Below are positions 25,567 through 38,071 of a stretch of DNA of 64,000 nucleotides, in pieces. The stretch spans positions 1,302,001-1,366,000 of the forward strand of contig JBLDXI010000031.1 in assembly GCA_047495785.1 (NCBI GenBank). The letters are read 5' to 3'. Position 1 is the stretch's first letter, and the number at the start of each line of letters is the position of its first letter. Under the pieces are notes generated by a model. That model was not told the origin of the DNA. It saw only the letters and a list, made by a program, of their open reading frames with translations, and did no database searches. This DNA comes from Lepidodermella squamata (Eukaryota; Animalia; Gastrotricha). Made by a program: the position numbers and the translations under genes.

Positions 25567-28500
25567 TCAAGTGCAATCGTTCCAGTTACTTCCAGATCCC
25601 CACATGTAGATCAAATTATTCAAAGTATTTGAAGTGAACGAAGATCCATAGACCACGCCTTGGTTATTGATAGAAATATATTTTTGTAACGTAGTCATAT
25701 CCAACCCGTATAGGCCATAATTCGTATCAGCAGTAGCCGTGCATTGTGAGTCAGTGTAGGGCAAGGCAGTTGGGAAAAGAGTCGACTCGCCAATCAGGTC
25801 CATTCCTGAACCTTCATCCGCATCAGTCCAGGTAAAGCCGTTGTCGTAGCTTATCGCGAAGACGCCGGTTGGGCGAAGCCCGACTAGAGCCTGGGCAGCT
25901 GCGTCCCAGGCTAATATCGCTGAAACTGGGGTCGATTCCCAATTCGCGAGGGCCCATTCGTATTTCACGCAGAGAGCATACTCACTGGAAAAACGGGAAA
26001 AAAATAAAGGTAAAAATTTGAAAAAATTCAAAAAATTACAAAATAATCCGAGGTGCAAAAAATACTTCGACATGATTCAAATTTTTTTTATGAAATCGCC
26101 CACGCGTAACCATTGAGTCCAAAAATTATCAAAAACTCGGTTTAATGGAATATTTTTCACCTACTGTCTTCAACTGCCTTCAAAATCGTTCAAGCGTGAC
26201 AATATTATGTAAAATCATTCAAGCGTGACCATAATTTTTGATTGATGAGAAATTCAAATCCCAACTATCAACTAATTCTAATTCGACTTGGAATTTTTTG
26301 TAATCAGCGAAGCGTGATGAGCTTACCCCAATTCGCCTTCGGAGCACAGGAACAGCGTCTGGGTATCCTCGACCCAGATGTAGGCCCGGTTGTAGTAGCC
26401 AGGTGGCGTATTCGGTGCTCCCGGGCTATCGATCACCAAGAAATCGGTCACGCATCGCTGGTCACGAACCGATGACGCACATCCGCGCAATTCAACCCGC
26501 AACGGCATGAACGGTGTAGTCGCAGACGCACTACCCTGCTTCGGGATAATCTTCACAAAAGCCGCGCCTGAGATTTCCGGAACCAGGATCAGCGACGATA
26601 TCTCATTAGCTGTACGTGATGCAGACCACGGTATTGTAAGGGTGCTGTTACCGTCATCAGGTACGTAATCCACCCAACGCGCTCCGTCAGCCGAGTACTG
26701 CACGATGACTTGCGTGACGTATTGCGTTGCATCCCCGCTATCCCCCTGGAAGTCTATCGCCGATATTGTTGCGATAGATCCGATACTTATCAATAGGAAC
26801 TCGTTCGTGAAGAAGGGATCTCCCCGAGGAAACGGCATCCAAGGTTGGGTGGCCTCCCCTAACCTCCCAGGCTTCGCGCCATTAGCCACCCACAAATCCC
26901 TGCCCTGAAACTTGCTTAGAGTCGAAGAAGCGTATATCATGCAGTCAGTTATCTTCGCAGGGTCAGTCATCCCCAACGGACCGCTGCATTTCGGTGGTTT
27001 GAATGTGAACATTCCCATCGGCCCATCCATAGTGAAGTAGGTGGTAGTCATTAAATCTTCAGTTATCGCCACAGGAGCGCCGAAGTTTTGATACACGTCA
27101 TTCATCAACTCCTTATAGACAGCTCTAGCTTCGAGGGTGGACATAACATCAACCTGGGACATGTCGATAATCGCCCCATTTGTTGCTAACGGGTCGAAAA
27201 CGAATGATAGGTTGAAAGTTGCGGTATCTTCCATCAAAACCGCCATTAGGACTAGATCAATACTCTCACCGGGAGTTTGGATCAACTGAGGGGGGTAACT
27301 TGTTCCAGTTATCGAGTTGACCGAAGCCGTGAACATGTAGGGTGGCACGAAGAAGCGAAATCTGACTAGGTAAGCATGAGCTCTTGATGCAGGTGTGTGG
27401 GAAACGGATCCGCAGATGAAATACGTGACCTCCGACCCGACTTGAACCTCCGACTGAGTTGCTGTCCACTGGAATGTCAAATTAGGCAGTTCGATCCCAT
27501 CGACAGTCAACGGCGGCATTGCTGCATTGATTTGAGCGACATTTGCCGAGTTGTTGTAGGTCAAAGTCACATTAAACGGCCGAGATACGCCTTGAACGTT
27601 CCAGAAATGGTCGGTATGCCGAACTTTCAGCTCAACCACAACCTTATTATCATCCCAGGCCTGCAGGTAGTCGTAATAGTCCGGCAATCTCGTCCAACTA
27701 GCTGAGTTGACGATTGTTAGATTAAGCGAGCCTGAGTCGTTCTGAGGGGTGTTGAAGTATGAGCTGCCATTGTAACCGATAGTCGAGGCAATCAAAATAT
27801 TTTTGCCTTTCGATAAAATTCTCATCGATTCAACAACGCCGTAGGCTTGTCTATCGATCGGCTCAACAGGAAAAGAGACATTCAACGTGTAAAAGTCGGC
27901 CGAATTTGGCGGAACATCGATCGATACGTTGAAGGTCGTCATTTTACTTTTGTGGATGTAATCTACGCCATTCGTCTGCCCCATCAGCGTTAGATTTACG
28001 AGACTAGGGACTAGCATCGACGTTTCAGCTGCATCTGACACTGGGGTGATCATGCTTGCTGTGTCTGTGAAAGTTTGTACACTATCGATTACGGAAATCG
28101 ATGCGTCCAAGTTGATGGTACTGCCAGTTGTTAGCGGGCTAGTCGACGGAGTGCTGTTAGCTAAATCGAACAAGGTGGGCAGGGTTATGCCGATTTCAAC
28201 GGAAAAGACGTCGTCCAAAGGTGACTTCGAATCAATTCGCTGCGCATTAGCTAAAGTATCGATCGTCAAATCCCATTTTGTGTTAGTCACAGTGTCGGTT
28301 GAGGTTGGGACGCTGCTGTAGGCGGAGTTATTGACGAAAGGGACGTTTATCCCTGGGTTGACAACGAGTACTGAGGCGATAGATGCGCCGCTATTGACAG
28401 CGAAGGAGAAGGTGTATTTTCCGACTGAATTCGGCAGTGTAGTAATATTCAGCAGATAAATAGCGCCCAAGCCACGTGCGATTGTAGTATCAGAGGTTTG

Positions 28501-31500
28501 TTTAGTAAGAGTGTAGTTGGGCATTGAAATCTGGAAAAACGAATTCACAAGTGAGACCAATTTTAGAGAGGCAAAGGTAACGCAAAAAAGGAACCCTCGA
28601 CCCACCCAAAATTTGAGCTTTTCGGCTATTTTTGAGCATATGCGGTCTATGTTTTCTCTATATATTGAGCCACCCCTAACTTAAAGCTAGATAAAACATT
28701 AAGAGACATTGTCATGAGTATAATATTCCAAAAGCCCAATCAAACTCGGATCAAAGGTAGTTCAATGCAAGTTCGTGCCAGATTTGATCAAAACGAGATC
28801 AAGTTTGATGAAAGCAAGCTCATAGCAAGATCAATTTAAGATCAAAACAAGATCAAACTCGGGTCATCTAGATTTTCATGGAAAGCTTGAATTTGCAAGT
28901 AAAACTCACAAAGGTGTATGGATCTGTTATTGCAGTCAGTTGTGGAATATCAAATGTCCAGCTAAACGGCATAGTCGTCATGTTGACGTAGAACTGTAGC
29001 GTCGAGCCATTTGCCACACTGGTCGTCGGTAATAAGGAAACAGATACAGTGCCAAGGTTAATATAAACCGAATCGTTCAAGTTGACATTAGTCATGCGGC
29101 CCCATACGTAGTTACCGTAGTTCTGTGCGATTCTCGATCCGTTATTTCGAGTGTAACGAACGGGTAAATTCGGGTCGGTGAAGGTAGCTTGCGGGGCTAT
29201 GTGAGCGACTGCCATGTTTGATAGGTCGGATTTCCGAAACGAAACTTCAAGGGTTGATAAAGCGTTAAAGCCTGGTGGGATAACTGCGCTAACGTTGAAA
29301 GTAGCGACTCCACCTCTCAATAAAACAGTTGGCGTCAATGGAGCTGTAGACATCATAGCTGTTGGCAAAGGATAAGCGTGGGTGTACTCAACCTCTGCTC
29401 CGGCCATGAAAGTCCCACGAACGGTTCCAAGAGCTAAATCCTCGTAGGAATTACAGTAAATTGCATCTCGAGTCATAGATATATTGACTTGAAAAGCGGA
29501 TTGGTTAGTCATCGGGAGTTTGTCGAAGAAATATGACGTGTAGAAAACAACTCTCAACTGCAACGTGCTGTAACCTAGGCCGGTCCAATCACGACTTGTC
29601 ACATGGGAAAACGAGACTGAGAGAGAACTTCCGTCAAAATTACTGATCGGAGGATCAGGCTGTGCGATAGACAGACCCGTATTCCAGCCCCATGTTTCGA
29701 TGCGGTCGATATTGTAGTAAGGCCTGCTGTCGGGGGCTAAATCTGAATTAGCCGTGACAACAAAGTTCCGGAGAGTTAACCCGGGCGGAATCATCATAGT
29801 CAGAATAACACTCTCCCCACCCCAAGGATAAACATTGTCTATGGTCTCATAAGCAGTGTAACTGATCGCCGCAAAGTCATTTTCGTCAATGCAATCAACA
29901 ACCTCGATCGGTAAAGGGTCTGAGATCCACGACGGACCGGGATAATTCGATGATACAGAGATCGATGTATTCCCCGGCGCTATGCTAGCTGGTCCTATCA
30001 AAATGAAGGTGAAGTTGAAGTAGGACTTTTTGATCGAAGGCCCAGGTCCGCCTCTGATTTGCGAGGTCAGAACCACAGTATCAACTTTGGCGGTTGGAGT
30101 AGCTGTAACATTAGTCCCATTATAAGATGACCAGGCTGCCGAAGACGTTGTAAGGATGGGATCCCCGTTAATTGAAGCTAAGGCGAATTCGTAACCAGAA
30201 GGTAGGCTGATGATTAGGTCGAAACTTCCAGAATAGCCATTAATCACGTCAATAGCTACTGTCACGTCGATACCGCTATTTTTCTGAACCCTACCCCAAC
30301 CCCCTGGTAGCAGAGCTGTGAAATCGATAGGGCCGGTGAACGTATTTTTATCCCGAACTATAAAATTATCGTTGAAGGTCACGAAATATTCTGTATTCAA
30401 GACTTCAACGCAGATTGTAATCGAATAGTTGTTGTTTGTCACAATTTTCGGGTAGATGGAGAACTGCACGGAATATGTGATGAACCCCGAGTCGGAGTCA
30501 AGGGGCACCCAGTATTCGCCGTTCATAACTTCGATCAAATCCGTCTGAAGGAAAGTTGAAGCTGGATTCGCCATAACACCGCCGTAATTTCCGAGCAAAC
30601 TATCGTTGAACGAACTGCTTGAAGTCACTGGAATGATTCGAGTCACGTAAATTCCTGATTCGTTAAATGGGGCCGGAACTGTTGCTGAAATTCGATAATC
30701 AACCGCCGCATCGAGAAGATTAGTCATGTTCACGATATATGCAATATTTGTGCCTGCCTCAGGATCTGAAGAATGCGCCGGTGTGATTTGAACCACCGGA
30801 TCGTCATCCATTGACCAATCGGAGAGGATATACATGACCGGCGCATTTGCAGTTGGCCTCATCACGTCGTTCACGTAATAATTTGCTGTTATTTGGTATA
30901 CAGTTCCGTTCTCCAAACTGCTCGAGTTTAGAGTTATTGTATCGAAAGTGAATAGGAAAATGTTATCAGTTTCATCCGTATCGGCTGACAGGGTATTCAT
31001 TACGGTTCCCAAGTCGTAGAAAATGCTATCAATATACTGATCGTTGTTGTCCGAATACAGAATAGGAGTCCGTTGAGTTGAGCTTTGGTTTATGTTAGTT
31101 CCAACAAATATGTCTTGAATGTTTCGAATCGAAAAACCTCGAGCCATGGTGTTAACGAATATTTGAATTTTAACGGTTGTTGGAGCGGTTGTAATTGCTG
31201 GTACACTCAGGTTCACCTTTATCGTGTTAACTTCGCCGACTCGAACTGACGTTAGCGTTGTGTATATCGAGCAGAAGAAAGCGGTGAACGGTACCTTGAA
31301 AATGAATTCATTTGAGACAAGGAAGAAATAACCAATGGCAGCTTACCGCTCTCTCTTCTCGGATAAGGGTCTTCGTCAAATCTTCATCTGCGTTCAATCC
31401 AAATGATTTCCGCAAAGCTTGAGACTTTTCAAAGGGATAATCGGAGATTCTCGAGCCAGCAAGAAAAGGATCTTCACTAAACGTTTGGGCGATGAAGCAG

Positions 31501-31535
31501 GCTGCTCCTAGAGCTAGAATTTTCTTTATCATCAT
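25567..31535 (-). CDS. Giant secreted beta-rich glycoprotein with C-terminal F5/8 type C (discoidin) domain, paralog A, about 1731 aa, 4 exons
   Basis: Exons 31535-31347, 31294-28910, 28530-26327 and 25984-25567 are phase-consistent. Signal peptide [21 protein letters not shown]5/8C signature CSGPLGM...ITD...ASS...FLLISIG...ISAIDFQGD...YSADGARW...FVKIIP...LRVELRGC. Also an Asp-box-like SYDNGFTW and many N-X-S/T sequons. Confidence 0.82.
28735..28865. repeat. Degenerate ~11-bp (AAGATCAAA-type) tandem repeat in intron 2 of paralog A
   Basis: GATCAA cores recur, for example caagatcaatttaagatcaaaacaagatcaaactc. Confidence 0.5.
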
Positions 31536-32161
31536 CTTTGCATTATGAAATAGTGTATGGTAATCAGGCAAATTTCTGATGTGGCTTGGCGGGAAGGCCA
31601 GGAAATCAATACTACACAGGAAAAATTAATTACGCCGCTGTTTTCGCAGCTCCACAGGATAAGTGACAGCTTTGTTAACCAAGTATCTCCTGGCGACTGT
31701 TGAAGCAAACAGTTTTTTGAAATCAATAGTGGCGTCTGGGAAAAGGAGCATGGCCGACGTTGGTTGGCAGGGTGTTTTAATTCGTTTGGAGCTTCACATT
31801 TGCTTCTCAGTCATAGTTAGATGAGTTGGTTATTATTTTTCTTATTTCATGATCGATCGATCTGATTCGTTCGCGCATTTTGTGACCCCGGCACCCGCCG
31901 GCTCGTTGCATAGAGCCTGATCAACATACATGCTGGGATTACTATAACTATAATAGCCGGCTATTTTTAGAATGATATTTTCATAACACAGTTTTTAAAG
32001 TAGAATAAAACCATCTGTAAAATGCGTAATCAGTTATAAGAATAGGTGTATAAAATTCTCCTTATATGCCCAGTGGGATGATGTTTTTCCTGATGGTGGG
32101 TGGTTTCTTTTTTCTTTTCTCCACTTTATTCTTCGTCAACAGTTGAGAATAAAAGTTCAGG

Positions 32162-34639
32162 CTATCCAGGCGCTGCCATTCTTGCTGCTTGCTTCGCGAT
32201 TCGCCGAATGCCGCGTTTCAGATTACATCCACTCCTCCGCGGCTAAAAATTACAAAAATCATTATGCCACTAATAAAGACCTGTATTAAAATATTACTCG
32301 CGCAACTATAAAGCTACAGCATGCAATGGCACAACCGAACAACGCTATGCCAGCTATAGCGGTCTGAACATGGGCAGGATTTTGCTGGTTGACGGTGATC
32401 AAAACACCGGAAAATAGCAGCAGCAACTCGCAATAAACAATCTTGGCTAGAATTGACGAATTGGAGCTCCTTCGCTTCTTTTGTAATTAGAAAAATATCA
32501 GGTACATCAAGAGTATATCTCTGAGCTTACGGAAGTCAGGTGGAAAGCTAGCCAACTCAGCCGAATAACAGCCAACATTTGCAAAGACACATACGAAGCG
32601 AATAGTCCTGTTATATCCTGTCGATCAAGTAGTAGAAAGCACTCTTCAATGTAGGGCTGAAATGCGACTCCCGGATTAGATTGAGAAGCTACGGCTGGCA
32701 GTTCAATCGAACGTTTCGAAAAAGGTGATAAAGAGGCTATGGATGTTACGAGGCCAAGAGACCATGCGAGAAAGCCTACACAGAAGGGCAACCTCAACTT
32801 GGAGGCTGCATTAAATCGATTTTGAACAAGCCAAATTTGAGAAGCCAAGGTTAAACTAGAACCAGTTGCCAGGAGGAACATTGATGCTAGGCAATGCGTA
32901 ATTACGGATGATTCAGATGAATGAGGCCATGCTAACACGTGGCCCATTGCTGATACGATCCCGAGAAGAAGACCTAATTTTGACTTCTCGAACCCGAATT
33001 TCACAATGGAACCAACGAATAGCCCTAGTGCTACTAGAATTTCGAGCCCTGCCAAAGTGATTACGGTTACATAGATCTCTTGCCGAATTGGAGGTAGCTT
33101 AATAGAGGTTACCTTTACAGTGTCACGGGGTGGTTGGCCATCAACTGTACCCCATCTCATTCTCTCTCGGTATAAAGTCATTGGTCCATCGGGATTGTTA
33201 GATTTGAACAAAGCGATGACCACTTGCTTGAATTCGCCGCTATTATTCGTACGATGCACCTGGGTGAAAGTTATAGGTGTGAAACCCAGCGTGTTAGCTT
33301 TAGCTGTTTTTTCGAAGTGATACTCGCCCTTGAATCCAACAACTTTCATCCCATAAATTACAGATTCAATAAGCTCAATAAATTTCGAGCCGTTTTGCTG
33401 GAACCTCGAGCCTGTTGTAGTCCAATCTGATAAAGATTTACCCGTTTCTTTCAGCTTAGCCTCCGTAGCATTGAGAAGCAGGCCAGTGAATAGCATCTCG
33501 TCATGTGGAATCGTCCGCCAATAACTCCACGCAAAACTTGATCTAGCGTTGATAATTTTAGCTTCCAAGGATTGATCAAATTCGAATGCAGAAATGCCTG
33601 TCGAGTCTACGGCATATTTCTCCCCGATTAAATCTGAGAGACTGACATCACCGTGGAAAATAATGCTTGGAAACACCTCGGTTAGCATCTGATTAGTACA
33701 CCAAGGGAGATTTTTTGGTGGCTCGGCTTTCCCAGGTTCGAAAAGGCTCCAGTAAAAGTAGAGAATAACATAACTAGGTCCAAACATTCTGAATCGATGC
33801 AGCCAGCAAGCAAGAGCGAGAGGAGAGTTTGAATTCGAAATTATAATTCTTGGATCGTAGCTTCTCATTTCAGTCATTGCTGCATCCATTTCATCTGAAT
33901 CCTGCGTCATGTAGTTCACCTTGCCCATCCAAGCTAATGTGACGTTATGTCTATCCAGAAATCTGACAAAATATGGCTCAATCATGTTGAAATAGTCGAG
34001 AATTTCGGAGAAGACTGCTATTCTACGCCAACCCATGCTAACCACGAATTGAGTGATCGCCTCATAAAAAGCATCTCCTCGTTCGCCAAGAGGATATAAG
34101 TTGCTGTAACGAGTCCTCCTGCCGTAGTACAACGCCGGATTGTGCTGGCTTGAAGAAATTCCGATGAAGTTGTAATGGCGAATGACTTCAGCTGCGATTT
34201 GCTGGCCAAACATTTGACACATTGGTAGTAGCACTATTGGCAGATTATTCTCAGCTTCATCACTTGATTGAAGCTTCCTAGTAAGTTTTTCGATTGCCGC
34301 ATAGTCCAAACACTCGTCATCAATGAGTTCAACTTTCAGGTTGTAATCAGGCAGCCAGTTTGGCAATGAGCCAAGTTTTTCTAGGGCTAATTCGAATGAT
34401 TTTGTACCTATAGGACCTATAGGTACAAACGGGCCTCCGTAGTGGATAGATGCTGTAATGCTCAAGTTGGTTCGATTTCGAGTATATTTTCGACTTCGAG
34501 ATTCAACGCACTCTGGCATAGGACTATCAAGACTCACACGCGTGGTCAAATTCACAGTTTCGCATCCAACATCGAAACTAGGGAGAACATAATTCGCTGT
34601 AAACAACAAGAGTAGCAAATTTAAAAGAATTGTTCTCAT
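32162..34639 (-). CDS. Divergent class C GPCR, GABA-B-receptor-like (Venus flytrap plus 7TM, no Cys-rich domain)
   Basis: Signal peptide and the motifs LPDYNLKVELIDDEC, MGWRRIAVF, YDPRIII and WGTVDGQPPRD, followed by hydrophobic helices. A 53-nt intron (32530-32478) leads to exon 32477-32298 carrying the last two TM segments. The final exon 32242-32162 is uncertain; the alternative is a stop at 32286. Confidence 0.78.
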
Positions 34640-35362
34640 CTTTCAGTGAAGAAAAAAAGACTTCTATGGCTCAGTGAAAAACTCGATGTAATTACGAGTT
34701 CCTGCAGCGATGTGATCATTCAGCGGCTAGCAAATTTTGACTGCGTGACGTCGATTCCGGCGCCCTGCTTCCTCCACGCGTAGAATGAAGTTCTTACTCA
34801 ATTCAAGATCTCAACTTTCACAGCAGTCCTTAGTAGATTTCAGACTCCGCCGCAGACATTTCTAGAATGATAATCAGCGGATTAGACACTGAAAGGCTAT
34901 AACAAATCGATGTTAGCATCGAAAGCATGGCGCGCTAAGTTATTGGAAGATCAGGTGATCAACAGTCGAAATGCTACAACATCGATTGCAGAGCATCAAA
35001 AATTAAATTTCGCATGAAAAAAATTGTAGAATGGAGATGCTTCTCTTGGCATAACTTTTTAAATAATATTGTGCTCTTTTCCCAATCAAATTGCTAAATA
35101 AAAAAGTGAATAAATGAATGAAAAATGATGAGTTGATTCGCGTGTGAGTGGTGCGAGCTGATTCACACGATTAGGAAAGGAGGATTTTAAAAGCACAAAA
35201 TTTACGCATTTTTTTCTAATCGCTTAACCTGTTGTTCCTATTACTGAACTTTCTCAATTAATTTGTGGCGGAATATCCGAGTATCGTTTTTTCTTTTGCA
35301 TATTTGGTAAACCTATTATTATTTTGCTAATCTTTTCGGAGTGATAGGATTCTAGTAATAAA

Positions 35363-37326
35363 ATGTTTGAGAAAAACGGAGTCGAAACGCGCCATGTATT
35401 CTTCGCATTGGTGTCAATCGTGATCATCGTCTTTGGTTTAACGCACATGGAGAGCGTTTTCCTGCCGCTTCAGCATGCTAGATTCCCCGCAGCTTTTCGC
35501 GGAATTTCCGGCGCGAACGTATCATCAAATTTCGACTTGGTTGATGCGATTAATGGCGGGAATAATAGTGGGACCTTGATTCCGTACGTCATCCATTTTG
35601 CTACTGGATTTAGCGACGAAGGAGCCACAAAGCCACTGGAATTCAAGTTTTACCAGTACCTGGCTGTGAAAGCGGCAAAGACCATCGCCAAGCCCGATGC
35701 CGTGGTTTTCCACTACTACTACAAGCCGGTAGGTATTTGGTTCGAAAAGGCGCTGAAATACGTAGATAAAGTGGACAAGTTGGCTGAAATGCCGAATACT
35801 GTTTTCGGCAATGAAGTCGTTCATTTCGCGCATCGCAAAGACGTCCTGCTGATGCAAACCCTGGTGAATGAAGGCGGCATTTTTCTCGACCTGGACATGA
35901 TTGTTCTACACCCATTGACTAATCTACTCAAATACGACTTCGTTATACCTCTGGAACTTCGTGAGTTTCTTTTAAGACCTAACATTTCAAACACGATAAC
36001 TCAGGGTCTCAAAGTAGTTAGCTCTCAAATTAAGTCACTGTGAGAGTAGTAGAGAGTAAAATATTTAGTTCGACTTCTTCCATTCTTGATTTCACCAGAG
36101 ATTTCTGTTCCTACAATTCAGCGGGGACCAAAAACCGTCTCGTTGTGAACGCATTCACCATGGCGAAGAACACGTCGAAATTTTTACATCGGTGGTGGAA
36201 TGAATACAAGTCCTTCAGCAAGGTCAACTGGCAACTTCACAGCTGTATGATACCCGGCCGACTGTCCTATGAACACCCGGATGAGGTGTTCCTGCTTAAC
36301 AGAACAGCCGTGGCATGGCCGTATTGGGACTACCAAAACGGGGATGTGCTTGCCCATTACCACCGAACGTACGGCTACGAATCAAACGTAGCGACGCACA
36401 TGTGGGAAACAATGACGCAGCTATTACTTCGCAACTGGACGGCTCACAAAATTTGGACGGTTGACTCTAGCTTGTTCTGCCGAATTCGCGATCTAGTCGC
36501 CGATGAAGAGGGAGCTGGCAATTGGACGGAGGAGAAGAGAAAAGATTGTGAATTAATTAGACCTGAAGATGCTGACAAACGCGTGAAAGGGCTGATTGGC
36601 AAATGGGACCTTCAAAACTTGAATCGGAGTATCTTACCGAAAATTCCGGATACCTCAGGCAATCGTATGCACGGCATTGTGAGCCCTTTGAACAGCTATG
36701 ATCTCATTTACCAGGAAGCAATAGCAGATGCCAAGTTTTTCGCCTTCCGCCACGATCACATCTATCTGCCGATGTTACCCGAAGCTACTAGTACAAGGTT
36801 TACGCTGACGTTTTGGTTTCGGCTTCCTGAGATAACTGATAATGCACAGGTAACGCGTGCCACCATGGTCTCGATCGAACTAAGAGCTCGATTCAGCATC
36901 AATTTGATAATAACTGAGGATCAGCGGTTGAAGCTAAATGTCGAGCTGGCCATTTCGAATGATACAAGAGGTCACGTGCTGCTGGACAAGCAATTCGAAT
37001 CAAATCAATGGTATCATGCCGCAATTGTTGGCCGTGAGGCAATACATACCGTGATTTACCTCGGTAGCTGCTCGGAGAAGTTATCCCTTAATGAAACCGT
37101 TAAAGCGTCATTTCACAAAAAACTTACATTTCGTGGGAACAAGGGCCGGCTGAGTGGTATATGGCTGGGTCGGAAAACGAGAACTCCTTATTGTGGCTAC
37201 ACAGTACTCGACCGCGAAACTGATGCTTTGGTCGATATGGCCTTGGTTCGGTTCTATGACAGTTCATTGAATGTCACACAACTGCTTGAAAATTATGATT
37301 CCCATGACTCTCCGTGCATAGCTTGA
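35363..37326 (+). CDS. Type II membrane DXD glycosyltransferase (GT32/alpha-1,4-GT-like) fused to a C-terminal LamG/concanavalin-A-like domain, about 600 aa
   Basis: Exons 35363-35960 and 36122-37326 join in phase 1. N-terminal TM, then IPYVIHF, AHRKDVL, EGGIFLDLD, NAFTMA, FLHRW. The C-terminus GLIGKWDL...DTSGNRMHG...FTLTFW...NQWYHAAIV...VRFYDSSL fits LamG-3. Confidence 0.8.
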
Positions 37327-38071
37327 AACCTTCGCTTCAACCTACATCATCTATTCATTTCGTTCTGCCATTACACTCTCTATTGTTATGATTCATATTG
37401 ACAGGGAATAGTAAATTGGTGATGAAATATTTGAGTTGATGAAAGTTAAAAGTCGTTCATTTTCCAGGAAAAAGAAGCGGAACACTTTACAGCTGAAAAT
37501 TGCAATTTTAAATCATCGGATTGTTGATGATCGATGGTTTCGGAAAACCGTGATTGAGTCCAGGGCGCAAGTTTCGGCGCGCTATGATTGGCTTTTCAGC
37601 ATTCTTCCACCTTTGATTTCCGTTTTGATAAATAATTTGAAAAATTATTCTGAATGGAGATTTTATAGGTCTACAAAATTTGACGAGAAGATGAGATGAA
37701 TTGTAACCATTGACAAGAGGTGCCAATCATGGGGAAGCTTCACACGACTATGATTATTTCTTTGCGTTTTATTTCTTCAGAACAGATTAAGCCATCATAG
37801 CAGCAGAGAAGAAAGCGCAGAAAAATAGTTCAGATCCCAGTTTAATGACATAGATTACTTCAAAAACCAACCCATGATAAATTTGCCGAAATGTGGAATA
37901 ACTAGAATTTTTCAGATGAAAATCTACATCTGCAACCACTCTGCCGTTATATAGTGAAGTAAGCGACAACCGCTGTCAATCAATTGAAATTTGAAATAAA
38001 CAGTAAACAAAATAATAAAGTGATTTTTATCACAGTTCAACCATGAGATTCACCGGTTTCATCTCATCGAG

